A DNA stretch of 38,836 bases from Bacilli bacterium (GTDB lineage Bacteria; Bacillota_I; Bacilli_A; RF39; UBA660). The notes below the pieces were generated by a model that saw only the letters and a program-made list of their open reading frames with translations, made no database searches and was not told the DNA's origin. The stretch lies in contig JBJFGY010000077.1 in NCBI GenBank assembly GCA_051893155.1, positions 1 to 38,836 of the forward strand. The letters are read 5' to 3'. The position numbers were made by a program, and so were the translations under genes. This document shows, piece by piece, positions 18,227 to 27,280 of this stretch (position 1 is the stretch's first letter; the number at the start of each line of letters is the position of its first letter).

Positions 18227-19379
18227 GAATAACTCCAATAGATATTAAAATTAAAAATATTATAATATAAATTATATTATTAATAGATAATGTATTTTCA
18301 AATATAATATTATGTGTATATTCTTTATTAATTTCATTATCTAACTTTAGATTATCTTCTTTAAGATTATCATTTTCTTTTATAATATTTTTTCTTTCTA
18401 AATTTAATTTAATTAAATCATCTTTATCAAGATTTATGGAAATACTTTTTTCTTTATATAGATCATCTTCATTATAAGTAATAGTATATTTTCCCTTTAA
18501 AAGACTTATATTAATTAAATTATTTTCATTTGCACAAAATATATTACTTTCATTATCGCTTGTTAAAGTAATACATTTATTTAAAGTTACTTCATTATCA
18601 GTAACCATAATAGTTAAATTATTGCTTTCAATTATAATATTCATTTCATAAGTTACATCGTTATAATTATTTGCACTGAATACATAATTTTCATTATCTG
18701 TAACTAAATAATCAAATAGAATATCATTATAAACTACTTTATTTTTCTTAAATAATATTTTATAACTTCCTTTTTCTCCTTTTATATAAAGTTTATTATT
18801 TATTAGTTTTACATCAAGTCCATCATTATCAAAAATATAATAATTATCTAAATATTTAAATTCATAAATATATTCTTTATTAGGTAATTGATAATTTGTT
18901 TTTTTAAAAAATTCTGGTCCTTTAATAACATTTTCTATTTTTTCTTTAACTTCATTATATTCATTTTCATAAAAATCATAATTTTTTTTATTATCATCAC
19001 AAAATCTAAAATTTTTATTAGGATATAAATAATTCCAAATAAGTCTTTGCGTTAAAGCATGATAAACATAAAAATTCAAATTATATTTATTTTTAAATTC
19101 AATAAATGATAAATAATAATCTTTTAAATCTAAAGGAAAATTAGTTTTTTCAAGTGAAGAATATTCATAAGTTTTTAAATCTAAATTATAATTTTCTAAA
19201 GGAAGTAAAAAATAACTTTCTCTTTCTTGTAAATTAATAAATTTAATTTCATAAATTTTCCCATCATTTGAACATAGTTTTCTAAATAATGATCCATTTA
19301 TATTTGTAAGTGTTATTGCTTTTACTTTCATAAAACTAAATAGTATTATTAATATTATTATTATTTTAATTTTTTTCAA
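18207..19379 (-). CDS. Secreted protein with a C-terminal sorting-signal-like tail; probable sortase substrate
   Basis: Signal peptide ending VKA. C-terminal FENTL, hydrophobic helix and KKKK. Overlaps the sortase gene. Confidence 0.65.
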   Translation of the reverse strand: MKKIKIIIILIILFSFMKVKAITLTNINGSLFRKLCSNDGKIYEIKFINLQERESYFLLPLENYNLDLKTYEYSSLEKTNFPLDLKDYYLSFIEFKNKYNLNFYVYHALTQRLIWNYLYPNKNFRFCDDNKKNYDFYENEYNEVKEKIENVIKGPEFFKKTNYQLPNKEYIYEFKYLDNYYIFDNDGLDVKLINNKLYIKGEKGSYKILFKKNKVVYNDILFDYLVTDNENYVFSANNYNDVTYEMNIIIESNNLTIMVTDNEVTLNKCITLTSDNESNIFCANENNLINISLLKGKYTITYNEDDLYKEKSISINLDKDDLIKLNLERKNIIKENDNLKEDNLKLDNEINKEYTHNIIFENTLSINNIIYIIIFLILISIGVILVKKKK

Positions 19380-19530
19380 TTTTTCCTTTCTAATGTGATT
19401 TTCCCATTAAAAAAACTCATAAAAAATATATTCTTTTTTACGAGCAAATTAAATATATCAAAGATATTATTAAATGTAAATAACTATTTAAAATATTTTT
19501 TATATTTGATAAAATAAATATGGTGATGAT

Positions 19531-20886
19531 ATGAAAAGTTTTATTTTTAGAGAATATGATATTAGAGCAGTTTATCCAGATGATTTAAATGATAAAGATG
19601 CTTATATAATAGGAAAAAGTTTTGCAAGTTATATAGATGATAAAAAAGTAATTATTGGGCATGATAATAGACTTTCCTCACCTATTGTACACAAAAACCT
19701 AATTGACGGTCTTCTTAGTGCGGGTGCAAATATTATAGATTTAGGATTATGTACAACACCAATATATTATTATTATAAAAAATTATTAAATATTAAAAAT
19801 GGTATTATGATAACTGCTTCGCATAATCCAAAAGAATATAATGGTTTTAAAATATCTTTTAGTATTAAAGGTAATGCTTGTGGTAAAGAAATATTTGACT
19901 TTAGAGATTTTACTTTAAAAGGTGATTTTAATGAAGAAAAAGGAACTTATCAAATTTATGATGATAATTTTAATAGTTATATAAATAAAATTAAAGAAAG
20001 TATTGATTTAGGTAATAAAAAAATTAAAGCTGTTTTTGATCCAGGTAATGGAACAGGAGCCATTATTTTAGATAAAATTTTACAAGAGTTTGATATTGAT
20101 TATAAATTAATTAATGGTGAAAGTGATGGTAATTTTCCAAATCATCATCCAGACCCTTCAGTTGAAGAAAATATGGAAATGTTAAAAAAAGAAGTATTAA
20201 ATGGTGGCTATGACATAGGAATTGGTATTGATGGAGATGCAGATCGTGTCGGAGTAATTGATAATAAAGGTAATTTTATTCCAATTGATAACGTAATGAT
20301 TACTATTTATAAATATTTAAATCCAAATTTAAAAAATAGACATGCTATTATGGATGTAAAATGTTCTAAAGCAGTTATTGATGAAATGCAAAAATTAAAT
20401 ATACCTTGTGAAGTTTATCGAACTGGAAATTCTTATATGAATCTTAAAATTAATGAAGAAAAACTCGACTTTGGAGGAGAATTTTCAGGTCATCTATGGT
20501 TTTTAGATAAATGGATTGGGACAGATGATGGAATATATAATGGACTTAGAATAATTGAAATGCTTTCCAAAAGTAATGAAAATTTTTCACAAATGGTAGA
20601 AAAAATTCCAAAATATTATCATACACCAGAAATTAAAATAGAAGTAAAAGAAGAAAATAAAAGTTTAATAATTGATAAATTAAAAGAATATCTTGATAAT
20701 AAAAATATTAAATATAATGCCATAGATGGAATAAGAATTGATTATGAAGATGGTTTTACTTTAATTAGACAAAGTAATACTGGACCAGTTTTAACAGTTA
20801 GATTTGAAAGAAAAAATATTAGTGATTTAGAAAAAGAAAAAGAAAAATATTTAGAATTAATAAAAAAAATATCATTAGAACTATAG
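19531..20886 (+). CDS. Phosphomannomutase/phosphoglucomutase
   Basis: IFREYDIR, MITASHNP, FPNHHPDP, DGDADR, GEFSGH and IRQSNT motifs. Confidence 0.95.
   Translation: MKSFIFREYDIRAVYPDDLNDKDAYIIGKSFASYIDDKKVIIGHDNRLSSPIVHKNLIDGLLSAGANIIDLGLCTTPIYYYYKKLLNIKNGIMITASHNPKEYNGFKISFSIKGNACGKEIFDFRDFTLKGDFNEEKGTYQIYDDNFNSYINKIKESIDLGNKKIKAVFDPGNGTGAIILDKILQEFDIDYKLINGESDGNFPNHHPDPSVEENMEMLKKEVLNGGYDIGIGIDGDADRVGVIDNKGNFIPIDNVMITIYKYLNPNLKNRHAIMDVKCSKAVIDEMQKLNIPCEVYRTGNSYMNLKINEEKLDFGGEFSGHLWFLDKWIGTDDGIYNGLRIIEMLSKSNENFSQMVEKIPKYYHTPEIKIEVKEENKSLIIDKLKEYLDNKNIKYNAIDGIRIDYEDGFTLIRQSNTGPVLTVRFERKNISDLEKEKEKYLELIKKISLEL
20864..20882 (+). repeat. 19-bp direct repeat, left copy
   Basis: AAAAAATATCATTAGAACT in the last codons of the phosphomutase gene, identical to 21590-21608. 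Confidence 0.85.
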
Positions 20887-20918
20887 TCTTATTTAAATAT
20901 AAAGAAAGGAAAATATTT

Positions 20919-21587
20919 ATGGAAAACAAATTTAATTTAACAAAAAAGCAAAATGTATTTATCGCTAAAAGAAATATAGTTGATTATATATGGAAAAGTG
21001 CTAATTTGGAGGGCATTGAAGTTACATATCCTGAAACTCAAGTAATCTATGATGGTGGTATTGTTAATGGATTAACTGTTGACAAAATCATAGCTATTAA
21101 CAATTTAAAATATGCTTAGGAGTTTATATTAGAAAATAATGATGTTGATTATGATTATAATACTTTATGTCATATTCATAAATTAGTTGCGGATAAATTA
21201 GTATTAGACCAAGAATTAGGAAAAATAAGAACAACTCCAGTTAATATTGGTGGAACAAGTTGGAAACCTCAATTTCCTATTGAAAGTCAAATAAAAGAAG
21301 AATTAGAAACTTTATTAAATCAAGAAAATAAAACTAAAACTGAAATTGCAATAGAAATAATGCTATCATTAATGAGAAGACAAATATTTATTGATGGAAA
21401 CAAAAGAGTTGCAATGTTATTTGCTAATAAAATTATGATAGATAATGGATGTGGAATTATAACAATAGCACAAGAAAATCAAGAAGCATTTTATGAAAAA
21501 CTTATTAGATATTATGAAAGTGGTAATATGCAAGAATTAAAACAATGGATTTATGATACTTGCATAGATGGTATCAAATTAAATTAA
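20919..21587 (+). pseudogene. Fic/Doc-family gene interrupted by one in-frame TAG
   Basis: ORFs 20919-21119 and 21360-21587 are in the same frame, and the intervening sequence is open (EFILENN...GKIRTTPVNIGGT...). Fic-like motif QIFIDGNKRVA. TAG at 21117-21119. Confidence 0.85.
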
Positions 21588-21589
21588 TT

Positions 21590-21608
21590 AAAAAATATCA
21601 TTAGAACT
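21590..21608 (+). repeat. 19-bp direct repeat, right copy
   Basis: Identical to 20864-20882. Forms the left arm of the terminator. Confidence 0.85.
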
Positions 21609-21625
21609 TAACTAATGATATTTTT
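21591..21625. terminator. Bidirectional intrinsic terminator
   Basis: Perfect 14-bp stem AAAAATATCATTAG / CTAATGATATTTTT between convergent genes. Confidence 0.85.
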
Positions 21626-21926
21626 ATGTAACTTTTTTCCATTTAGCTTTTAATGTAATATCTTCGAATATTAAGGTATCTACATCAAAATAACTATCAT
21701 TTAAATACCAACCTTCGAAAATATAACCCTCTTTTACTGGATCAGGTGGTAATTCAACTTTTTTCGCAGGTCTTACTAATACACTTTCATAATTTTGTGC
21801 ACCATCTGTATCAAAACTTACTTTATATGTTTTTGTAAACCATATTACTAAAATAGCAAGTAATATTACAACCATACAAAGTAAAAATATATATGTAAAT
21901 TTATATGCTTTATTCACACTATTCAC
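21624..21926 (-). CDS. Small membrane-anchored protein with one InlB B-repeat (Listeria-Bacteroides repeat)
   Basis: TM helix followed by YKVSFDTDG...P.DPVKEGYIFEGWY...DITLKAKW. Confidence 0.88.
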   Translation of the reverse strand: MNSVNKAYKFTYIFLLCMVVILLAILVIWFTKTYKVSFDTDGAQNYESVLVRPAKKVELPPDPVKEGYIFEGWYLNDSYFDVDTLIFEDITLKAKWKKVT

Positions 21927-22026
21927 CCTATAAAAATAATATAATAAAAATTAGTAAGTGTCAATTAAATTACTTTTTATTTTTTTATCTATGTAACAAA
22001 AATTTTACATGGTTTATGACAAAGTA

Positions 22027-22055
22027 TTGAATTTTTTCATAAAATATAGTACATT
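22027..22055 (+). promoter_or_regulatory. Putative sigma-A promoter for the pseudoknot repeat RNA
   Basis: TTGAAT(22027-22032)-17-TACATT(22050-22055). No plus-strand CDS follows. Confidence 0.5.
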
Positions 22056-22088
22056 ATTATTGCATTTAAAAAAGTGCTTTAATAAGAA

Positions 22089-22187
22089 AATGTTTCTCGC
22101 TCCCGGATGGTGCGAGTAATAAATTATTCCGGTCGACAATGTTTCTCGCTCTCGGGTGGTGCGAGTTAATAAATTATCCCGAACGAA
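22089..22187 (+). ncRNA. Tandem pseudoknot repeat RNA resembling a type III (CptI-like) antitoxin
   Basis: Two adjacent 49/50-nt repeats. Each has stem CTCGC/GCGAG and a second stem CCGGA/TCCGG (copy 1) or TCGGG/CCCGA (copy 2), giving two compensatory base-pair changes. Confidence 0.7.
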
Positions 22188-22226
22188 AATATTTTGAAGA
22201 ATTAAAATAATACTTATAAAAAACAA

Positions 22227-22266
22227 AAAACTACCAATAAATGATATAAATTATCTTGGTAGTTTT
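22227..22266. terminator. Bidirectional terminator between the repeat RNA and the mscS-like gene
   Basis: AAAACTACCAA / TTGGTAGTTTT stem with an inner GATA/TATC pairing and T-rich tails on both strands. Confidence 0.75.
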
Positions 22267-22323
22267 AATTTTTCTTTCATTTTATTATGAGGTATTAAAC
22301 ACTTTTACTTTTTTTTTGCTAAA

Positions 22324-23133
22324 TTACTTTTTATTTTTATTATCTTCCATAATAACATTAAGATGATTATAAGGAATTTCAATATTATTTTTATCAAACT
22401 CTTTTTTTAGATTATAATTTAATTTATATAAATTATCATAACTTTGGGAAGTATCTTTACCCCATACCCATGCTCTTAATATTATCGCAGAGCTATCCCA
22501 TTTATATACTCTTACTTTAGGATATTCAATATTTTTTATATTAGGTTTTTCAAACTTATTAAGTTCTTTTTTAATAATATCAATTGCTTTATCAATATCA
22601 CTTTCATAAGAAATACCGTAATCCGCGAAAAGACAATAATCTGATTCAGTATAATCATTATTTTCAATTGAAAGTGTGTTTAAAATACTATTTGGAATTA
22701 TATATCTTTGATTATTATAGCCAAGTATTACAGTATGCCTCATTGATACCTCTAAAACAGTACCAGATATATCTTTTTCAATTATTTTAACTCTATCGCC
22801 AACTTCAAAAGGATGGGAAAATAAAATGCTTATACTTCCAAATAAATTACCTAAACTTTCTTTTGCTGCTAGACCTAAAATAGTAGTTAAAATACCTACT
22901 GCACTTAATAATGTAACTGATAGTGATTTAAACATATCAAATTTTGATAAACAAAGAGTTATTCCTATAGAGAAAATAATTACTGATTTTATTTTTTTTA
23001 AGAAAATTAAAATTGTTTTTAAGTTTTTATTATTTTTTTTATCAATTAATTTATTAATAAATTTTTCTAATATTAAATTTAATATATATGCTAATAAAAG
23101 TATAATAATAATGCTAATAATTTTTTCTATCAT
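22324..23133 (-). CDS. mscS: Small-conductance mechanosensitive channel family protein
   Basis: Three TM helices, GLAAKESLGNLFG, PFEVGDRV, IIPNS, GISYESDI and IEIPY motifs. Confidence 0.9.
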   Translation of the reverse strand: MIEKIISIIIILLLAYILNLILEKFINKLIDKKNNKNLKTILIFLKKIKSVIIFSIGITLCLSKFDMFKSLSVTLLSAVGILTTILGLAAKESLGNLFGSISILFSHPFEVGDRVKIIEKDISGTVLEVSMRHTVILGYNNQRYIIPNSILNTLSIENNDYTESDYCLFADYGISYESDIDKAIDIIKKELNKFEKPNIKNIEYPKVRVYKWDSSAIILRAWVWGKDTSQSYDNLYKLNYNLKKEFDKNNIEIPYNHLNVIMEDNKNKK

Positions 23134-23144
23134 AATGCACCTTT

Positions 23145-24146
23145 CTAAAACAATGCTTTGTTATGGCTTATTTTTAAATGTTCATAACTTTTATCGGTTG
23201 CAACTCTTCCACTTTTAGTTCTTTTAATAAATCCTTCTTGAAGTAAAAATGGTTCAACTACATCTTCAATAGTACTTACTTCTTCGCCAATAGATGTTGC
23301 TATTGTTTCAACTCCTACTGGTCCACCATTAAATTTTTCAATTAAACTTTTTAAATATTCAATATCAATACTATCTAAGCCATATTCATCAACTTTTAAT
23401 CTTTTTAAAGCATCTTTTGTTATATCCAAAGTAATTTTACCATTGCCAAGTACAAGTGCAAAATCACTTACTCTTTTAAATAAACGATTAGCAATTCTTG
23501 GTGTTTTTCTGCTTCTTTTAGCAAGTTCATAAGCTGCATCATCAGAAATTTCCATATTAAGGACTTTTGAAGTTCTTTTTATAATGCCAGCAAGTTCTTC
23601 ATATGAATAATATTCAAGCTTATTAACAATTCCAAATCTATCTCTTAAAGGAGAAGTTAAATCCCCTGCTCTTGTGGTTGCACCTACTAAAGTAAAAGGT
23701 GGTAAATCAATTTTTATACTTTTACTTTTTCCTTCATTTCCAATTACTAAATCAAGTTCAAAATCTTCCATTGCAGGATATAAAATTTCTTCAATAAAAG
23801 CTGGTAAGCGATGTATCTCATCAATAAAAAGTACATCTCCAGGTTCAAGTGATGATAAAACTGCCGCAAGATCACCTGGTTTTTCCATTGAAGGACCAGA
23901 GGTAGTTCTAATATTAGTTCCCATTTCATTAGCTATAATATGAGCAAGTGTAGTTTTTCCAAGTCCTGGAGGACCATATAATAATGTATGATCTAACACT
24001 TCACCACGCATTTTCGCAGCAGTAATAAATACCCGCATATTTTCTTTAATTTCAGTTTGACCTACATATTCATCAAGTTTCTGTGGTCTTATATTTTGTT
24101 CAAATACTTCTTCATTTTGATCATTTGCATCAACTATTCTTGGCAT
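23145..24146 (-). CDS. ruvB: Holliday junction branch migration helicase RuvB
   Basis: [37 protein letters not shown] and TPRIANRL motifs. Confidence 0.98.
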   Translation of the reverse strand: MPRIVDANDQNEEVFEQNIRPQKLDEYVGQTEIKENMRVFITAAKMRGEVLDHTLLYGPPGLGKTTLAHIIANEMGTNIRTTSGPSMEKPGDLAAVLSSLEPGDVLFIDEIHRLPAFIEEILYPAMEDFELDLVIGNEGKSKSIKIDLPPFTLVGATTRAGDLTSPLRDRFGIVNKLEYYSYEELAGIIKRTSKVLNMEISDDAAYELAKRSRKTPRIANRLFKRVSDFALVLGNGKITLDITKDALKRLKVDEYGLDSIDIEYLKSLIEKFNGGPVGVETIATSIGEEVSTIEDVVEPFLLQEGFIKRTKSGRVATDKSYEHLKISHNKALF

Positions 24147-24646
24147 AAAACCTCCTTTCTAATATATTCTTGTACTTCTTGCCAATTTTTTACATCCTCA
24201 CCATATAATAGCCCTTTTATTCCATATTCTTTAACATCATCTATAACTTCTTTTGTATCATCAATTACTAAATCTATATTATTTTCTTTTGCTTCTTTAC
24301 CTTTAGGATAAGCTCCAAAAATCATTTCATCAAATAATAAATCATTTTTTATTAAAAATTTTTTTGTAATTTCAATAATTTCTGGATAGCTTTCCCCTCG
24401 AGCGGTAATTAAAACAATTTTAATATTATTTTCTTTTAAAAAATTAAATGTTTCTTTTACATTATCAAATATTTTTAAATTATTAGTGATATCTTCATAA
24501 TACTTTTCAAAAAAAGAAAATTCCTCTTCTTTACTAAGTTCATGATAATTTTTTAAATTATTTCCAGGTTTATAATTATCAAGAAATATTTTTGATGTTT
24601 CTGAAGTATTTACAATTGTATTATCAAAATCAATTCCTATTTTCAT
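24134..24646 (-). CDS. HAD-family 5'(3')-nucleotidase-like hydrolase
   Basis: IGIDFDNTI (motif I), LITAR (motif II), K...IDLVIDD (motifs III/IV). Confidence 0.8.
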   Translation of the reverse strand: MKIGIDFDNTIVNTSETSKIFLDNYKPGNNLKNYHELSKEEEFSFFEKYYEDITNNLKIFDNVKETFNFLKENNIKIVLITARGESYPEIIEITKKFLIKNDLLFDEMIFGAYPKGKEAKENNIDLVIDDTKEVIDDVKEYGIKGLLYGEDVKNWQEVQEYIRKEVLCQE

Positions 24647-24648
24647 TT

Positions 24649-25203
24649 TTACCTCAATAAAAGTTTTAAAGCTTCTTTAACTTGCATCTCAACACTTTGA
24701 TCCTGATTAATATTCTTAATAACTTTATTAATTTCAGAAGTTTTATAGCCAAGACTTTCTAATACTTCGTAAAGCTCTTCAGATTTATTAATTTCTTCAT
24801 CACTAATTTGAGTATTTACTTTACCTTTTAAATCTAATATTATTTGTTTAGCAATTTTCTCGCCAATTTTAGGAAATTTAGTTAAATATAAAATATTTTC
24901 CCGATTAATTGCATCAATTATGCCATTAACACTTCCTGTTGCAAAAAAACCATTAGCCATTTTTGGACCTAAACCTTTAACATTAATTAACTTTAAAAAT
25001 AATTCTAATTCTTCTTTATTTTTAAAACCATATAAAGAATTTTCATCCTCCCTAATTTGATTGTATAAATAAATTTTATATTCTTTATTAATTTCATATA
25101 AGTATGGATTAGCTACATATATTAAATAACCAATATTATTACATTCTACTACAATATAATTAGCTTCTTGTTCTTTTACCATACCAATTATATAACGATA
25201 CAT
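24649..25203 (-). CDS. ruvA: Holliday junction binding protein RuvA
   Basis: IRED...LYGF, LINVKGLGPKMA, PKIG.K.A..IILDL and L..LGY motifs. Confidence 0.97.
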   Translation of the reverse strand: MYRYIIGMVKEQEANYIVVECNNIGYLIYVANPYLYEINKEYKIYLYNQIREDENSLYGFKNKEELELFLKLINVKGLGPKMANGFFATGSVNGIIDAINRENILYLTKFPKIGEKIAKQIILDLKGKVNTQISDEEINKSEELYEVLESLGYKTSEINKVIKNINQDQSVEMQVKEALKLLLR

Positions 25204-25311
25204 TATTTTACCTCCATAAAATAATTATATAACATTTTATTTTATTAATCTATAAACAACATAATAATTTATATAATAAGTTTAAAAAGATAAATTTAGC
25301 GAACTGTTTAA

Positions 25312-25340
25312 TTGACTTTTACCCATATTTATGGTAAAGT
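25312..25340 (+). promoter_or_regulatory. Sigma-A promoter of rpmB
   Basis: TTGACT-17-TAAAGT with an extended TG. Confidence 0.65.
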
Positions 25341-25369
25341 TTAAAAGTAATGAAAAAAGGAGGCAAATT

Positions 25370-25537
25370 ATGGCTACTAAAATAACTAATAAAAAACCTT
25401 TATCAGGAAATAATAGATCTCATGCATTAAATGCCACTAAAAGAGTTCAAAAACCTAATCTTCAAAAGAAAACAATTAATGGCGAAAAAGTTATTATTTC
25501 TGCAAGAGAAGCAAGAACAATTAACAAACAAAAATAA
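25370..25537 (+). CDS. rpmB: 50S ribosomal protein L28
   Basis: [19 protein letters not shown] motif. ATG 25370 follows AGGAGG, so the ORF-track start at 25331 is too far upstream. Confidence 0.93.
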   Translation: MATKITNKKPLSGNNRSHALNATKRVQKPNLQKKTINGEKVIISAREARTINKQK

Positions 25538-25559
25538 AAGCAAAAGTCGCTTTTATTTT
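25531..25559. terminator. Bidirectional terminator between rpmB and tadC
   Basis: AAAATAAAAGC / GCTTTTATTTT inverted repeat. Confidence 0.75.
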
Positions 25560-25561
25560 TT

Positions 25562-26263
25562 TTAGCCTAAAATATAATTAATAATAATTGGACCAATAAT
25601 TAATATTAACATAAGTGGTAAAAATAATAGAACTGATATAATGGATATTTTCATTGGCATTTTATTAATATTTGATTTAATATCTAAAATTCTTTTATCA
25701 GTTAAATAATTTACTTGATTAATTAGTGCCCCTTCAATACTATTTCCAAATTCATTTGCTTCAATAATATTTAAAATAACATTACATACACTTTTCGAAG
25801 GAATTCTTTGCATTAAATCAACTAATCCTTCAGTAAGTGTTTTTCCAAGTTTTACTTCTTTTAAACATATTTTAAATTCATCACTAATTGAACTATCTAT
25901 GGCATTACAAGTCGTTTCAATACATAGTTTTAAATTTCTTTCACTTTGAATAGTAAGACTTAAAACTTCAAAGAAAAATATTGAATCACTTTCTATTATT
26001 TTAGCTCTTTTCTTTATTTTTGAATCTAAAAATACATATTCAAATAATATATAAAATGTAATAGTAAGTATTGGGGCAATAAAATAACCATTTTTAAATA
26101 TAAATAAACTTAATATAAATACTAAAATACTTAAAAAAAGTCTTAAAGCTAAAAATAAATTAATATTATTTTTTTTATCATAAGATAAATATAAAAATTT
26201 ATTTTCAAGATTTTTTATTGTTACATTTGGATAAATACTTTTAAAAAATTTATTAACTTTCAT
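25562..26263 (-). CDS. tadC: Tad pilus membrane platform protein TadC (T2SSF domain)
   Basis: Two TM helices, EF...L.E..LG and a C-terminal K.P.K....LFLP....IIGP. Confidence 0.85.
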   Translation of the reverse strand: MKVNKFFKSIYPNVTIKNLENKFLYLSYDKKNNINLFLALRLFLSILVFILSLFIFKNGYFIAPILTITFYILFEYVFLDSKIKKRAKIIESDSIFFFEVLSLTIQSERNLKLCIETTCNAIDSSISDEFKICLKEVKLGKTLTEGLVDLMQRIPSKSVCNVILNIIEANEFGNSIEGALINQVNYLTDKRILDIKSNINKMPMKISIISVLLFLPLMLILIIGPIIINYILG

Positions 26264-27270
26264 ATCTTCTCCACCTTTAATACCTTTTTAATGATAATAA
26301 TATATAGCACGTACATTAAAAGCATTATTATATCTAAAACTAATCCAATTTTAGTCGTAATTAATGGATTAAAATATGTAGGATTTAAAGTTACAATAAC
26401 TATTACAAAAACAAAAGGAATAAAAGTTAATATTCTATATAACATTTTACTAGAACTTGTTAAAGAAGCAAGTTCATTTTTTATTTTTAATTTATCATAA
26501 AAATGTTTTTCAATCATATTAAAAACAGAAACTATATTACCTCCAGTTTTATTTAATAAAGAAAGTGAAGATGTAATATATTTAATTTCATCGACTTTTA
26601 CCCTATCATAAAATCTTGAAAAAACAGTAGTTAAATCAAGACCATAATTTAAATCTTTAGCAATTATATCAAATTCTTCTTTAATAGGACTAGGTAAAGA
26701 AGTTCTAACAATATTTATTGCTTGATAAATATTTTTACCGCTTTTAAAAGCACTATTCATAATTACTACAGCTTGTAAAAGTCCTGATTCAATAGTATTA
26801 CGTTTATTTTTATAATTAATAATTATAATTACATCGATAATAAAAAATGATAAAATACAAATAAGTAATGAAACAAAAAAATTAATATTAATATTTCTAA
26901 TTATACATGTAATAAAATATAAAATAAGAACAAATAACATATACACAATTTTTAATGAAATATAATCATTAGATGTAATATTTTTATTTTTATTATAAAT
27001 TAAATATTTATCAAGTTTTTTAGCATAATTAGTTAAAAAATATGATTTTTGAGTATATTTAGATATTCTTTTTAACAATTTTACAAAAAATATATAAAGT
27101 TTATCATAAATACTATTTTCATTAATATTATTTTTAGAAATAGAAAAATCCTCAATTCTTTTAACATTTTTTACTTGAAAAAATATACGCACAAAAAGAA
27201 AAGCACAAATAACAAATATTATGCAAATAATAATTTCAATAATTAGTTTTGATATTACTGCACTATTCAT
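26260..27270 (-). CDS. tadB: Tad pilus membrane platform protein TadB (T2SSF domain)
   Basis: AFKSG..I.QA, PIKEEF, TGGN and NPTYF.PL...G motifs. Likely start is ATG 27270. Confidence 0.88.
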   Translation of the reverse strand: MNSAVISKLIIEIIICIIFVICAFLFVRIFFQVKNVKRIEDFSISKNNINENSIYDKLYIFFVKLLKRISKYTQKSYFLTNYAKKLDKYLIYNKNKNITSNDYISLKIVYMLFVLILYFITCIIRNININFFVSLLICILSFFIIDVIIIINYKNKRNTIESGLLQAVVIMNSAFKSGKNIYQAINIVRTSLPSPIKEEFDIIAKDLNYGLDLTTVFSRFYDRVKVDEIKYITSSLSLLNKTGGNIVSVFNMIEKHFYDKLKIKNELASLTSSSKMLYRILTFIPFVFVIVIVTLNPTYFNPLITTKIGLVLDIIMLLMYVLYIIIIKKVLKVEKI

Positions 27271-27280
27271 ATTCACCTTT

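Noticed and set aside
21117-21119. TAG recoding or alternative genetic code
   Set aside because: TAG is a genuine stop in the phosphomutase, truB, rimP and sigE, and TGA stops tadB. Code 11 with a single nonsense change is simpler, and Mycoplasma code 4 is excluded.
22089-22187. Mini CRISPR array
   Set aside because: The repeats are directly adjacent with no unique spacer, their differences are compensatory base pairs, and no cas genes are present.
22014-22226. 70-aa minus-strand ORF over the repeats
   Set aside because: No RBS, a TTG start, and a translation that merely reflects the repeat. The covariation points to RNA-level function.
25299-25312. LexA box upstream of ruvA (CGAACTGTTT)
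   Set aside because: The half-site spacing is 1 nt rather than the required 4.
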